DNA of 64,000 bases from an uncultured Gammaproteobacteria bacterium (GTDB taxonomy: Bacteria > Patescibacteriota > Microgenomatia > UBA8517): positions 46,319 through 110,318 of the forward strand of contig CAZBTH010000001.1 in NCBI GenBank assembly GCA_964494885.1, written 5' to 3'. Shown piece by piece: positions 1 through 7,559 of the stretch (positions are counted from its first letter, which is position 1; every line of letters begins with the position of its first letter). A program made the translations under genes and the position numbers. The notes beneath the pieces are model-generated. The model made no database searches. It had not been told where the DNA came from and saw only the letters and a program-made list of their open reading frames with translations.

Positions 1-63
1 ATTAGATAGCGCTTCGCGCATCTAATGGGACCACGTTAAGTGCCGAAGGCTACTTAACTGTGG
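1..63. repeat. Doublet of inverted bulged hairpins (REP/BIME-like), truncated by window edge
   Basis: ATTAGATAGC..GCATCTAAT and CCACGTTAAGTGCC..GGCTACTTAACTGTGG; same architecture at 1660-1729 and 12214-12280. Confidence 0.7.
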
Positions 64-589
64 CTCTAATTGCCTTTTCACCTCCTTTCAAGATATTATT
101 CTCTCCCAACTTGAATGCATGAGTAAGGGCAATTGCCAATGCATCGGCTGCATTGTCAAAGTGAGTTTTTTTATGGACCTCACTCTTAACACGGCTACCT
201 AAAATTCTCTTTATATGAGCTTGAACTTCTTTTTTGTTTGCCCTTCCATTACCGGTAATCATTTTTTTAATAGTACCTGGAGCATATTCCTCAACATGAA
301 CGTGGGTCTTACTCGCCGCCAAAAGCATAACTCCTTGAGCTTGGCCAACAGCAATAACTGTTTTTGCATTGGTAGAGAAAAAAACTTTTTCAAAAACAAA
401 TACGTCAGGTTTATGTTTTTTAATAAGAGCAACAGTCTCTTCAAAAATGAAGTCTAGTCTGCGTTCTTTAAGAAGAGTTTTACTTGTCTCAATAAGCCCC
501 CATGTAACAACTTCGTTTCCCTCTCCGTTTAAACGAACAAGTCCGAAACCGGTTGTGGCAGTACCGGGATCTATGCCGAGAATTAACAT
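50..589 (-). CDS. ruvC: Holliday junction endodeoxyribonuclease RuvC
   Basis: ILGIDPG N-terminus, E-x-x-F motif, DAADALAIA-like C-terminal helix. Confidence 0.95.
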   Translation of the reverse strand: MLILGIDPGTATTGFGLVRLNGEGNEVVTWGLIETSKTLLKERRLDFIFEETVALIKKHKPDVFVFEKVFFSTNAKTVIAVGQAQGVMLLAASKTHVHVEEYAPGTIKKMITGNGRANKKEVQAHIKRILGSRVKSEVHKKTHFDNAADALAIALTHAFKLGENNILKGGEKAIRATVK

Positions 590-605
590 TAGCTAAGTAT
601 ATACC

Positions 606-686
606 AAACAAAAAACGAAAAGGGCAGGTATCTGTCTATAAATCAAACAATTATTTGTGAATAATGTTTGACAGATAACCTGCCCT
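606..686 (-). terminator. Long hairpin followed by U-tract, probable end of the tRNA/ncRNA operon
   Basis: Minus strand AGGGCAGGTTATCTGTC...GACAGATACCTGCCCT followed by TTTCGTTTTTT. Confidence 0.55.
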
Positions 687-802
687 AATAATTTCTAAGT
701 GCCACAAACACCTTGTCCTGCCGCATCTGCTTTGGCATGGCGGTATTTATGGCACCTATTTGCCGCTTACCCTCCATCCTGAGGACGTAGGTAATTGGCA
801 AG

Positions 803-876
803 TTGGCCGGGAAGGATTTGAACCTTCGATCTTCTGGGTCCCACCCAGACGCGTTAAACGACTACGCTACCGGCCA
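803..876 (-). tRNA. Atypical tRNA, anticodon GGG (Pro-like)
   Basis: Cloverleaf TGGCCGG/CCGGCCA, T-loop TTCAAAT; anticodon loop GT-GGG-AC; D-loop lacks GG. Confidence 0.7.
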
Positions 877-880
877 AGAA

Positions 881-957
881 GGTGGGCACGACCAATTTTG
901 GACCATGGATCCTGATCAGTCTACCATGACGGATAAAGAGTCCGACTGGCGCCCACC
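881..957 (-). ncRNA. tRNA-sized structured RNA of unknown family (copy A)
   Basis: Terminal stem GGTGGGC/GCCCACC; shares CCAGTCGG and 3' GGnCCAA..TGG..GTGYCCACC motifs with 1152-1225; lies between tRNAs. Confidence 0.5.
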
Positions 958-960
958 AAA

Positions 961-1033
961 AGCGGGTGAAAGGATTCGAACCTCTGACCTTCTCCTTACA
1001 AAAGGAGATGCTCTCCCACTGAGCTACACCCGC
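961..1033 (-). tRNA. Atypical tRNA with 8-nt anticodon loop UUUUGUAA (Thr UGU-like)
   Basis: GCGGGTG/CACCCGC acceptor, TCTCC-TTTTGTAA-GGAGA anticodon arm, T-loop TTCGAAT. Confidence 0.75.
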
Positions 1034-1068
1034 ACAAAAAAATTAAAGAGCTAAAAAGAAACCGGTAA

Positions 1069-1141
1069 AGGCGCCGCAAGGATTCGAACCTTGGATCTGA
1101 GTGCTGCGCACTCAAGCCTTGCCGGACTTGGCCACGGCGCC
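1069..1141 (-). tRNA. Atypical tRNA-Cys(GCA) lacking U33
   Basis: GGCGCCG/CGGCGCC with U73, anticodon arm TGAGT-GCGCAGC-ACTCA, T-loop TTCGAAT. Confidence 0.75.
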
Positions 1142-1151
1142 GTTTTAAATA

Positions 1152-1225
1152 TGGTGGACACCCCATTGGCCCTGCAACCTTCGGCTGCAATCCGCTGGTC
1201 CCGACTGGGTCTTAGATGTCCACCA
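1152..1225 (-). ncRNA. tRNA-sized structured RNA of unknown family (copy B)
   Basis: Terminal stem TGGTGGACA/TGTCCACCA, internal hairpin TTGCAGCC-GAA-GGTTGCAG, shares motifs with 881-957. Confidence 0.5.
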
Positions 1226-1227
1226 AA

Positions 1228-1300
1228 AACGGGTGATGGGACTCGAACCCACGATCTACTGATTTGGAATCAGTTGCTTTAGCCACTAAGCTACACCCGT
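1228..1300 (-). tRNA. tRNA-Trp(CCA)-like with U73 discriminator
   Basis: ACGGGTG/CACCCGT acceptor, ACTGA-TTCCAAA-TCAGT anticodon arm, T-loop TTCGAGT. Confidence 0.8.
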
Positions 1301-1332
1301 ATATCAATTCTCAAATAAAAGAACAGAACACG

Positions 1333-1361
1333 AGTCTACAAAGGTTTGAAAACTTTGTCAA
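1333..1361 (-). promoter_or_regulatory. Sigma70-type promoter of the tRNA/ncRNA operon with overlapping palindrome
   Basis: TTGACA-N17-TAGACT; the spacer holds the imperfect palindrome ACAAAGnTTTnAAAnCTTTGT. Confidence 0.75.
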
Positions 1362-1371
1362 TATGTTTGTA

Positions 1372-1644
1372 TTATTTCTTTCTCTTTGAAGATTTTTTGA
1401 CTTCCTTAACCTCCTTGCCGAAAATATAAATATAAAGAATGTCTAAAATCCCCATTGTATTTATTATTAACAATGCAACAAACCAAGGCTTGCTGTCGTT
1501 TTTGGCGGCTTTCCAAAGTGCCCAACCTTTCCAAAAAAGACTCCAAACTAATAAAGGAATCAATAGAAAAGAAAAGCCGGCCATCATACCCCCAAAAGCT
1601 GCCCCGGGATACCAATAATTTCCGTAACTGTTATTCCACATCAT
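1372..1644 (-). CDS. Small membrane protein, DUF5652-like
   Basis: WSLFWKGWALWKAA..WFVALL..NTMGIL motif; start set by GGAGGTGA SD. Confidence 0.8.
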   Translation of the reverse strand: MMWNNSYGNYWYPGAAFGGMMAGFSFLLIPLLVWSLFWKGWALWKAAKNDSKPWFVALLIINTMGILDILYIYIFGKEVKEVKKSSKRKK

Positions 1645-1659
1645 TTTGCTATCACCTCC

Positions 1660-1729
1660 TCCCAGTGAGATAGCTTTCAAGCATCTCACGGGATCCCGTT
1701 GGATGTCGCTAGACTATCCAACTGGGATC
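1660..1729. repeat. Doublet of inverted bulged hairpins (REP/BIME-like)
   Basis: CCCAGTGAGATAGC..GCATCTCACGGG-A-TCCCGTTGGATGTC..GACTATCCAACTGGGA. Confidence 0.75.
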
Positions 1730-1788
1730 GCCTACTCAAATACATTCATTAAATCTCCTTTCCACCTCAGCCCAATTTACAACATTCC

Positions 1789-1830
1789 ACCCCACTTCGT
1801 CCCTTCGACTGCGCTCAGGGCTTCGCGGGG
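1789..1830. repeat. Nested REP-like palindromes
   Basis: CCCTTCGACTGCGCTCAGGG inside CCCCACTTCG..CTTCGCGGGG. Confidence 0.6.
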
Positions 1831-1845
1831 CTAGTATTTTCATTT

Positions 1846-2517
1846 TCATTTATCCAAAGCTGCTGATTGGAATCGTTTATCCACTTCAGTCCAGTTAACC
1901 ACATTCCACCACGCCTCAATATAGTCAGCACGCATATTTTTATATTTAAGATAGTAAGCATGCTCCCAAACATCCAAACAAAGCAAGAGGTCTGTGGTTC
2001 GGGTAAGCGGAGAGTCTTGGTTTTGAGTTGTAACAATCTCCATGGTCTTACTATTACTCTCACTCTTACCCACAACAAGCCATGCCCAACCACTACCAAA
2101 ACGACCTAGGGCTGAACTTGCAAAACTTTCCTTAAATTGTTCAAAAGACCCAAACGTTGAGTCGATCGAAATGGCTAGGTCGCCCTGAGGCAACCGAAGG
2201 GTCTCATCAGAATTTGATCCCATAATTTCCCAGAACATATTATGATTAGCCACCCCACCTGCGTTGTTTTTAACTTTTTGGTGGATATCATCCGGAACTT
2301 TGTCGAGATTCTTAAGAATTTCATTTACATCCATCTTTAGTAAATCTTCATGTCCCACGAGAGTATCATTCAAATTCTTAACATATGTGGCATGGTGCTT
2401 ATCATGATGGATATGCATAGTTTCCTCGTCTATAAATGGCTCTAACGAATCATACGCATATGGAAGATCGGGTAAAGTGAACCCTGTTACAATTCTATTG
2501 TTTAAATCAGTAGACAT
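1846..2517 (-). CDS. sodA: Fe/Mn superoxide dismutase
   Basis: LPDLPYAYDSLEP, HHDKHH, FGSGWAWL, DVWEHAYY motifs. Confidence 0.95.
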   Translation of the reverse strand: MSTDLNNRIVTGFTLPDLPYAYDSLEPFIDEETMHIHHDKHHATYVKNLNDTLVGHEDLLKMDVNEILKNLDKVPDDIHQKVKNNAGGVANHNMFWEIMGSNSDETLRLPQGDLAISIDSTFGSFEQFKESFASSALGRFGSGWAWLVVGKSESNSKTMEIVTTQNQDSPLTRTTDLLLCLDVWEHAYYLKYKNMRADYIEAWWNVVNWTEVDKRFQSAALDK

Positions 2518-2616
2518 TTTTCTAGAGTCGCCCTTTACCTAAATAGAATTGTAACTGGGCAAGCATATTTAAATGTATCTTGTTTGTAACTTGTAAGTCA
2601 AGGGTAATTTGCCGAG

Positions 2617-2970
2617 TTAGTCTACTTGAATAATTTTTGATGAGGTAACGACTCTACCCTCAATTTCGACCGCCACTACATCAATTCTTAGTTTTTTGGG
2701 CATGCCCGGATGAAGCAAAGAGTAATATTCGCCCGTCTTTTGGATTTTATGTAGCTTAGATCTTGTCACCGCTTCTTCAGGGGCTCCAAATTTGCGCGAC
2801 CACCTGGCTTTGACTTCAACAAATACAAGAGTTTGTCCTTGAACAGCTACAATATCTATTTCTCCAAAGCGGGACCGGAAATTACGGTCTTTTATGTTGT
2901 ACCCTTTAGACTCAAGAAGCTTCGTGGCGTAGTCTTCGGCCAGATTCCCAAGTTCACTTGTTCTTACCAC
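2617..2970 (-). CDS. yraN: YraN family (UPF0102) putative endonuclease
   Basis: G..AE, RNFR..GEIDIV, LVFVEVK, RIDVVAV. Confidence 0.9.
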   Translation of the reverse strand: MVRTSELGNLAEDYATKLLESKGYNIKDRNFRSRFGEIDIVAVQGQTLVFVEVKARWSRKFGAPEEAVTRSKLHKIQKTGEYYSLLHPGMPKKLRIDVVAVEIEGRVVTSSKIIQVD

Positions 2971-3322
2971 TCTTTATACTAGCACGCACAGCGGCTCTTT
3001 TGAAAATCATTTCTACCTCAGTTGGGGCCTTCACTCTTGTGTAGTAAAGTTTGGCACGACGCACTCCTTCGGTACCTTTTTTGACAATCAAAATTCTGTC
3101 AATTGAAGGTAAATTTATTGGGAATATCTTTTCAACTCCTATTCCTCCCTCAGCTATTTTTCTAACGACAAAGGTCTTTCCTGGCTCCCTGCCGCGGATT
3201 GCAATAACCATACCCTCAAAAAAAGATTCACGCGTCTTGTCCCCGTCCTTGATTTTTTGGACAACGCGGATTTTATCTCCGACTCCAAACTCGACTTCTT
3301 TAAGCGTAATTTTCAATGCCAT
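2954..3322 (-). CDS. rplS: 50S ribosomal protein L19
   Basis: FEGMVIA..TFVVRK..GIGVEKIFP, VRRAKLYY; start moved to MALK after a TACAAT box. Confidence 0.95.
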   Translation of the reverse strand: MALKITLKEVEFGVGDKIRVVQKIKDGDKTRESFFEGMVIAIRGREPGKTFVVRKIAEGGIGVEKIFPINLPSIDRILIVKKGTEGVRRAKLYYTRVKAPTEVEMIFKRAAVRASIKSGKNK

Positions 3323-3354
3323 AGAAGGTATTGTATACGAAATTAAGCGTAGGC

Positions 3355-6300
3355 TCAAGTCACACTTTGAATCTTCGCGGTTTCCAAGATGTCAGCTATC
3401 CCCTTGGCCAATGTCTCGTTCCAGGATATCTGAAAGGGTAATTTGACCTTTTTGACTCTTTTTTCCCCTCCGCTGGCATCAAAAAGCAAATAAGCGTACT
3501 GGTCTCCTAGATTGTTGGTTAATAGCTCCTTTAGTCTTTTAAGTGAATTGGCATCGGCATTACCAGGTATCTTGATAAAAACATCTCGCTGTTTTTTCTC
3601 GTTCAGACTACTTAAAGTCTCGATATTTTCTACGAGAATTGAGGGTGTTTCATCTCTAAAATCTACTTTTCCCACCACAAGTAGGGGTTTACCGGCGAGC
3701 CAAAAATCACGAGTTGATTTGAATATTTTTGGAAAAACCACCAAATCAATTTGTCCTGTACCATCATCTACCTTAACAAAAGCCATTTCAGCACCCGTTT
3801 TTTTTGTAGTTATTATTCTTACTTCATTGATAACTGCAACAATCCTTACAAGGTCAGAGAAATACTCCTCGGGTGTGATTTCAAAGATTTTATGTGTTGA
3901 TTGAAACTCCAATGGACCCACAAGTTCACTAATAGGTTTTGCTGTCAGGGAAAATCCCAAAAGTTGCCGCTCGAGGGACTCCAGTTCATCGTCTCCAAAC
4001 TCTTGAATATTTTCTATCGTGATGACTGAGGCCGCCTCGGTTTTTTTTAGGTCTCCCGTCGCAAAAAGTCCCTGTTGATTGTCGTCTCCTTTGGGTTTTG
4101 CTACCTTTTCCCTTATTTTATCAATTGATGCCAAAAGAGTAGATCTCCCTCCAAACATTCCCATCGCTCCAACTTTAATCAAACTTTCCAAAACTTTTTT
4201 ATTAACTTTTCTGGCATCGACTCTTTCCAAAAAGTCAGCAAACGATTCGAATTTTCCTTCCTTTCTTGCAGTTAAAATAATATCTATCGCCACCTCTCCA
4301 ACGTTTTTTACTGCGGAGAGTCCGAATCTTATTGCTCCGTCTTGAATTGTAAAGCCGATACTACTCTCGTTTATGTCAGGCGGTAACACTTTTATTTTCA
4401 TTCTTCGACATTCGTTTATAGCCATTGAAATTTTGTCTTTGTCTGAGGCTTCAGCTGTCAGAAGAGCCGTCATATACTCAACCGGGTAGTTAGCCTTCAT
4501 ATAAGCCGTATAATAGGCCACAATGCCATAGGAAGCCGCATGAGCCTTGTTAAATCCGTAAGATTGAAAAGGCTCAAATAGTTTCCAGAGCTCTTCAGCG
4601 AATTCGGCAGTTTGGCCATGTTCAATCGTTCCTTTAACAAATTTGTCTTTTTGGGCCGCCATTTCTTCCGGAATTTTCTTTCCCACTGCTTTTCTAAATT
4701 TGTCAGCTTCTTCCCATGTGTATCCGGCTAAGTCTATCGCACAGAAAAGTAAATCATCCTGATAAACTATCAATCCATAACTTGCACCCAAAAATTTTTC
4801 CATTCTCGGGTCAAGGTACTCAACTAATTTCGGATTAGATTTCCTTTTGATATATTCAGGAATAACTGCAATGGGCCCAGGACGATATAAAGCAACCATC
4901 GCCATGAGGTCTTCCACACGGTTGGGTTTAAGCTCTTTTAGATATTTTGTCATTCCTCCACCCGCAAACTGAAAAACACCCATTGTTTCTCCGCGGGCTA
5001 ACATTTCAAATGTTTTCTTATCTTCTAATGAAATTTTATGTAGGTCGATTCTGGTGCCGTAGGCCTTTTCTACGATATCTATTGCCGAACCCAAAATTGC
5101 TAAGTTTCGAATACCCAGAATGTCGAATTTTATTAAACCAACTTCCTCTGCAGCATGCATTTCATACTGGGTGATGATTTTTTCACCCGACGGCTCGCGC
5201 TGAACTGGTGAAAAATCCGTTATATCGGTCGGCGCAACCACAACCCCGGCGGCGTGAACCGACACGTGTCGCGCCGACCCCTCAACTTGCATAGCTAAAT
5301 CCAAAACCTTTTTTGTATCAGGATCAGTTCCATAAAGATCCCTAAGATTGGGTGTTTCTTCGAGCGCTTTGGAAATAGTTATTGGAAACCCCTGTTTTGG
5401 GGGAGGAATCAATTTTGCTATTTTGTCCCCCACATTGTACGGATAACCCAACACTCTCGCAACGTCACGCACTGCAGCCCGACTTAACATTCTTCCGAAA
5501 GTGCAGATTTGTGCAACATTGTCTTTACCGTAAGTTTTTGTTATATATTCAATGATTTGGTCACGTTTATCGTCAGCTACATCAAAGTCAATATCCGGTG
5601 GAGAGGGCCTAAATGGGTTCAGAAATCTTTCGAAGGGCAAATAATATTTAAGCGGATCAACCGTCGTGATACCCAAGACGTAAGACACTAAGCTTCCGGC
5701 AGCTGAACCTCTGGTGTTTTGGATTATCCCGTGTTCTCTCGTCCATTTTGCCAAATCCCGAACTATGAGAAAATAGGCGGAATAACCTTTGGTTGAAATA
5801 ATGTCAAGTTCATGTTCTAATCTATCTAACGCGGTTTTTCCTCCATCGGGAAGTTTTTCTTTTAATGCCTCATGTGCCAGACTGCTCAGTTGTTCATCTG
5901 CAGTGACCCCCTCCGGTAGAGGAAATTTGGGGAAAAACCATTTTCCAAGTGTTATTTCAACGTTGCACTTTTCGGAAAGTTTAACCGTATTTTCTAAAGC
6001 GTCGGGATAATCCGGAAAAAGTGCCTCCATCTCCGAAGGGCTTCTAAGATAAAAGGTCTGGGCATCAATATACCTTAAGCGTTTTGTTTCACTCATGTTT
6101 TTGCCGGTAGCTACACATACCAATGCATCTTGTGCCATCGCATCTTCTTGTTTAATATAATGGGCATCGTTTGTAGCCACGAGAGGCACTCCATATTCCC
6201 TGCTAAGTTTTATTATTCCTTCATTCCACTTGTTCTCAGTTTCTTGAAGTTCGTTAAGGGTGCTTTTAATTTCTGCTGTCGGGGCTTTTGTGAGCCACTT

Positions 6301-6840
6301 TGTATATTCATGTCTTTGAATCTCAAAGTAAAAATCATCTTTAAAAGTATCTAGATAAAAATCGACGAGTTCTTTTGTGGTTGTTGTATCACCGCGAGCT
6401 ATGGCCTGACCGATTTCCGCTTGCGGGCAACCGGACGTGCAAATTAGACCTTTTGAATATTTTTTTAAAGTTTCATGATCCATCCTAGGCCGATAATAAA
6501 AACCCTCGACCTGGGCAATGGATGCCAGCTTCATTAAATTTTTATAACCCTCATTATTTTTTGCCAAAAGTAGAATATGAAAGTTTTGAGCCCTACCTTT
6601 TTCCGCTTTTTCATGAAGATCCCCCGTAGTTATATACCCTTCCATCCCTAAAATTGGTTTAACACCCTGCTTTAACCCCTCCTTATAAAACTCAACCTCT
6701 CCGTACATTACACCGTGGTCGGTAATCGCAACAGATTCCATTCCTTGCTCTTTGACATGATTAAAGAGTTTCTTGATTTTACTTAACCCATCAAGAAGTG
6801 AATACTCTGTGTGTACATGAAGATGGGCAAATTTTGACAT
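3355..6840 (-). CDS. dnaE: DNA polymerase III alpha subunit
   Basis: PHP HLHVHTEYSLLDG, RGSAAGSLV, PPDIDFD, GFNKAHA; normal length, no intein. Confidence 0.97.
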   Translation of the reverse strand: MSKFAHLHVHTEYSLLDGLSKIKKLFNHVKEQGMESVAITDHGVMYGEVEFYKEGLKQGVKPILGMEGYITTGDLHEKAEKGRAQNFHILLLAKNNEGYKNLMKLASIAQVEGFYYRPRMDHETLKKYSKGLICTSGCPQAEIGQAIARGDTTTTKELVDFYLDTFKDDFYFEIQRHEYTKWLTKAPTAEIKSTLNELQETENKWNEGIIKLSREYGVPLVATNDAHYIKQEDAMAQDALVCVATGKNMSETKRLRYIDAQTFYLRSPSEMEALFPDYPDALENTVKLSEKCNVEITLGKWFFPKFPLPEGVTADEQLSSLAHEALKEKLPDGGKTALDRLEHELDIISTKGYSAYFLIVRDLAKWTREHGIIQNTRGSAAGSLVSYVLGITTVDPLKYYLPFERFLNPFRPSPPDIDFDVADDKRDQIIEYITKTYGKDNVAQICTFGRMLSRAAVRDVARVLGYPYNVGDKIAKLIPPPKQGFPITISKALEETPNLRDLYGTDPDTKKVLDLAMQVEGSARHVSVHAAGVVVAPTDITDFSPVQREPSGEKIITQYEMHAAEEVGLIKFDILGIRNLAILGSAIDIVEKAYGTRIDLHKISLEDKKTFEMLARGETMGVFQFAGGGMTKYLKELKPNRVEDLMAMVALYRPGPIAVIPEYIKRKSNPKLVEYLDPRMEKFLGASYGLIVYQDDLLFCAIDLAGYTWEEADKFRKAVGKKIPEEMAAQKDKFVKGTIEHGQTAEFAEELWKLFEPFQSYGFNKAHAASYGIVAYYTAYMKANYPVEYMTALLTAEASDKDKISMAINECRRMKIKVLPPDINESSIGFTIQDGAIRFGLSAVKNVGEVAIDIILTARKEGKFESFADFLERVDARKVNKKVLESLIKVGAMGMFGGRSTLLASIDKIREKVAKPKGDDNQQGLFATGDLKKTEAASVITIENIQEFGDDELESLERQLLGFSLTAKPISELVGPLEFQSTHKIFEITPEEYFSDLVRIVAVINEVRIITTKKTGAEMAFVKVDDGTGQIDLVVFPKIFKSTRDFWLAGKPLLVVGKVDFRDETPSILVENIETLSSLNEKKQRDVFIKIPGNADANSLKRLKELLTNNLGDQYAYLLFDASGGEKRVKKVKLPFQISWNETLAKGIADILETAKIQSVT

Positions 6841-6845
6841 TTATT

Positions 6846-7559
6846 TTATTTAATATAAATAGTTTCAACGTGAGATCCGCGTTCAGCCCTGGCCGCTTTA
6901 GCAGATGCTAATTTTTTATCAAATGTTTTGAGTGCCTCACGTGCACTCAAGTTTCCACCATACTCTCCGACTATTAAACTGGCTGTAACTTTACCCTGAC
7001 TTACCTCCTTTAGGGCATTTTCAAAACGTCTCACGACTTCTTCCATGTGAGCCACGCTGTCCCCCGGCAAAAAAACCGCATACTCATCTCCACCTCCGGC
7101 ACCCTGCCTAAACACTTTATCATGTGGTCGCCTGGCGACTGTTTTTGCCGCTTCAGCTATCATTATTAAAAGTTTGTCTCCCTTCTCCCGATCGGTATAG
7201 TTTGCCGCCTTAAGTCCATCAGCATCAAGGTAAAGAAGGAGTCCAAACTCTGGAAAAACGGGGATTTCATTTCTTCTGTCCGAACTCATAGCAGCCTCAT
7301 TCAGCATCCGATCGTTCATAGCCAAAAATTTCTCTTGAGCCCTGGCACTCCCTACCCCCGTCATCAAATCCACATCAGATAGTTCCGCTGCCTCGTAGGT
7401 ATTTAAAATATCGGTGCCTCTGTCTGAAGACAATCTATGCACTTTTTTCTGGAAAAAACCCCAAAATCCGGGTTTTCGATCCTTTATATCCCCTAACTGA
7501 TCATTCGCCTTATTTGCTGCATCAATTTCAACACCCGTAGCACCAGAACCTTCACTCAT
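6846..7559 (-). CDS. GGDEF-domain protein (putative diguanylate cyclase)
   Basis: D.MTG, LDADGLKAAN..KGDKLL, GGDEY motif. Confidence 0.75.
   Translation of the reverse strand: MSEGSGATGVEIDAANKANDQLGDIKDRKPGFWGFFQKKVHRLSSDRGTDILNTYEAAELSDVDLMTGVGSARAQEKFLAMNDRMLNEAAMSSDRRNEIPVFPEFGLLLYLDADGLKAANYTDREKGDKLLIMIAEAAKTVARRPHDKVFRQGAGGGDEYAVFLPGDSVAHMEEVVRRFENALKEVSQGKVTASLIVGEYGGNLSAREALKTFDKKLASAKAARAERGSHVETIYIK

Noticed and set aside
1152-1225. HDV-like/theta ribozyme after a tRNA 3' end
   Set aside because: The 3' GGCCAATGGG resembles J4/2-P2, but the 5' end pairs with the extreme 3' end and no P1/P3/P1.1 nested pseudoknot could be built.
803-1282. ORFs 803-1054, 996-1190 and 1091-1282
   Set aside because: They overlap tRNA and structured RNA genes; shadow translations.
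620-1300. CRISPR array
   Set aside because: No identical direct repeats with regular spacers, and no cas genes in the window.
1228-1300. Alternative genetic code (TGA recoding)
   Set aside because: Core genes are uninterrupted under code 11, several end in TGA, and no tRNA with a UCA anticodon is present in the window.
3355-6840. Intein in DnaE
   Set aside because: Normal length and no C/S...HN splice motifs.
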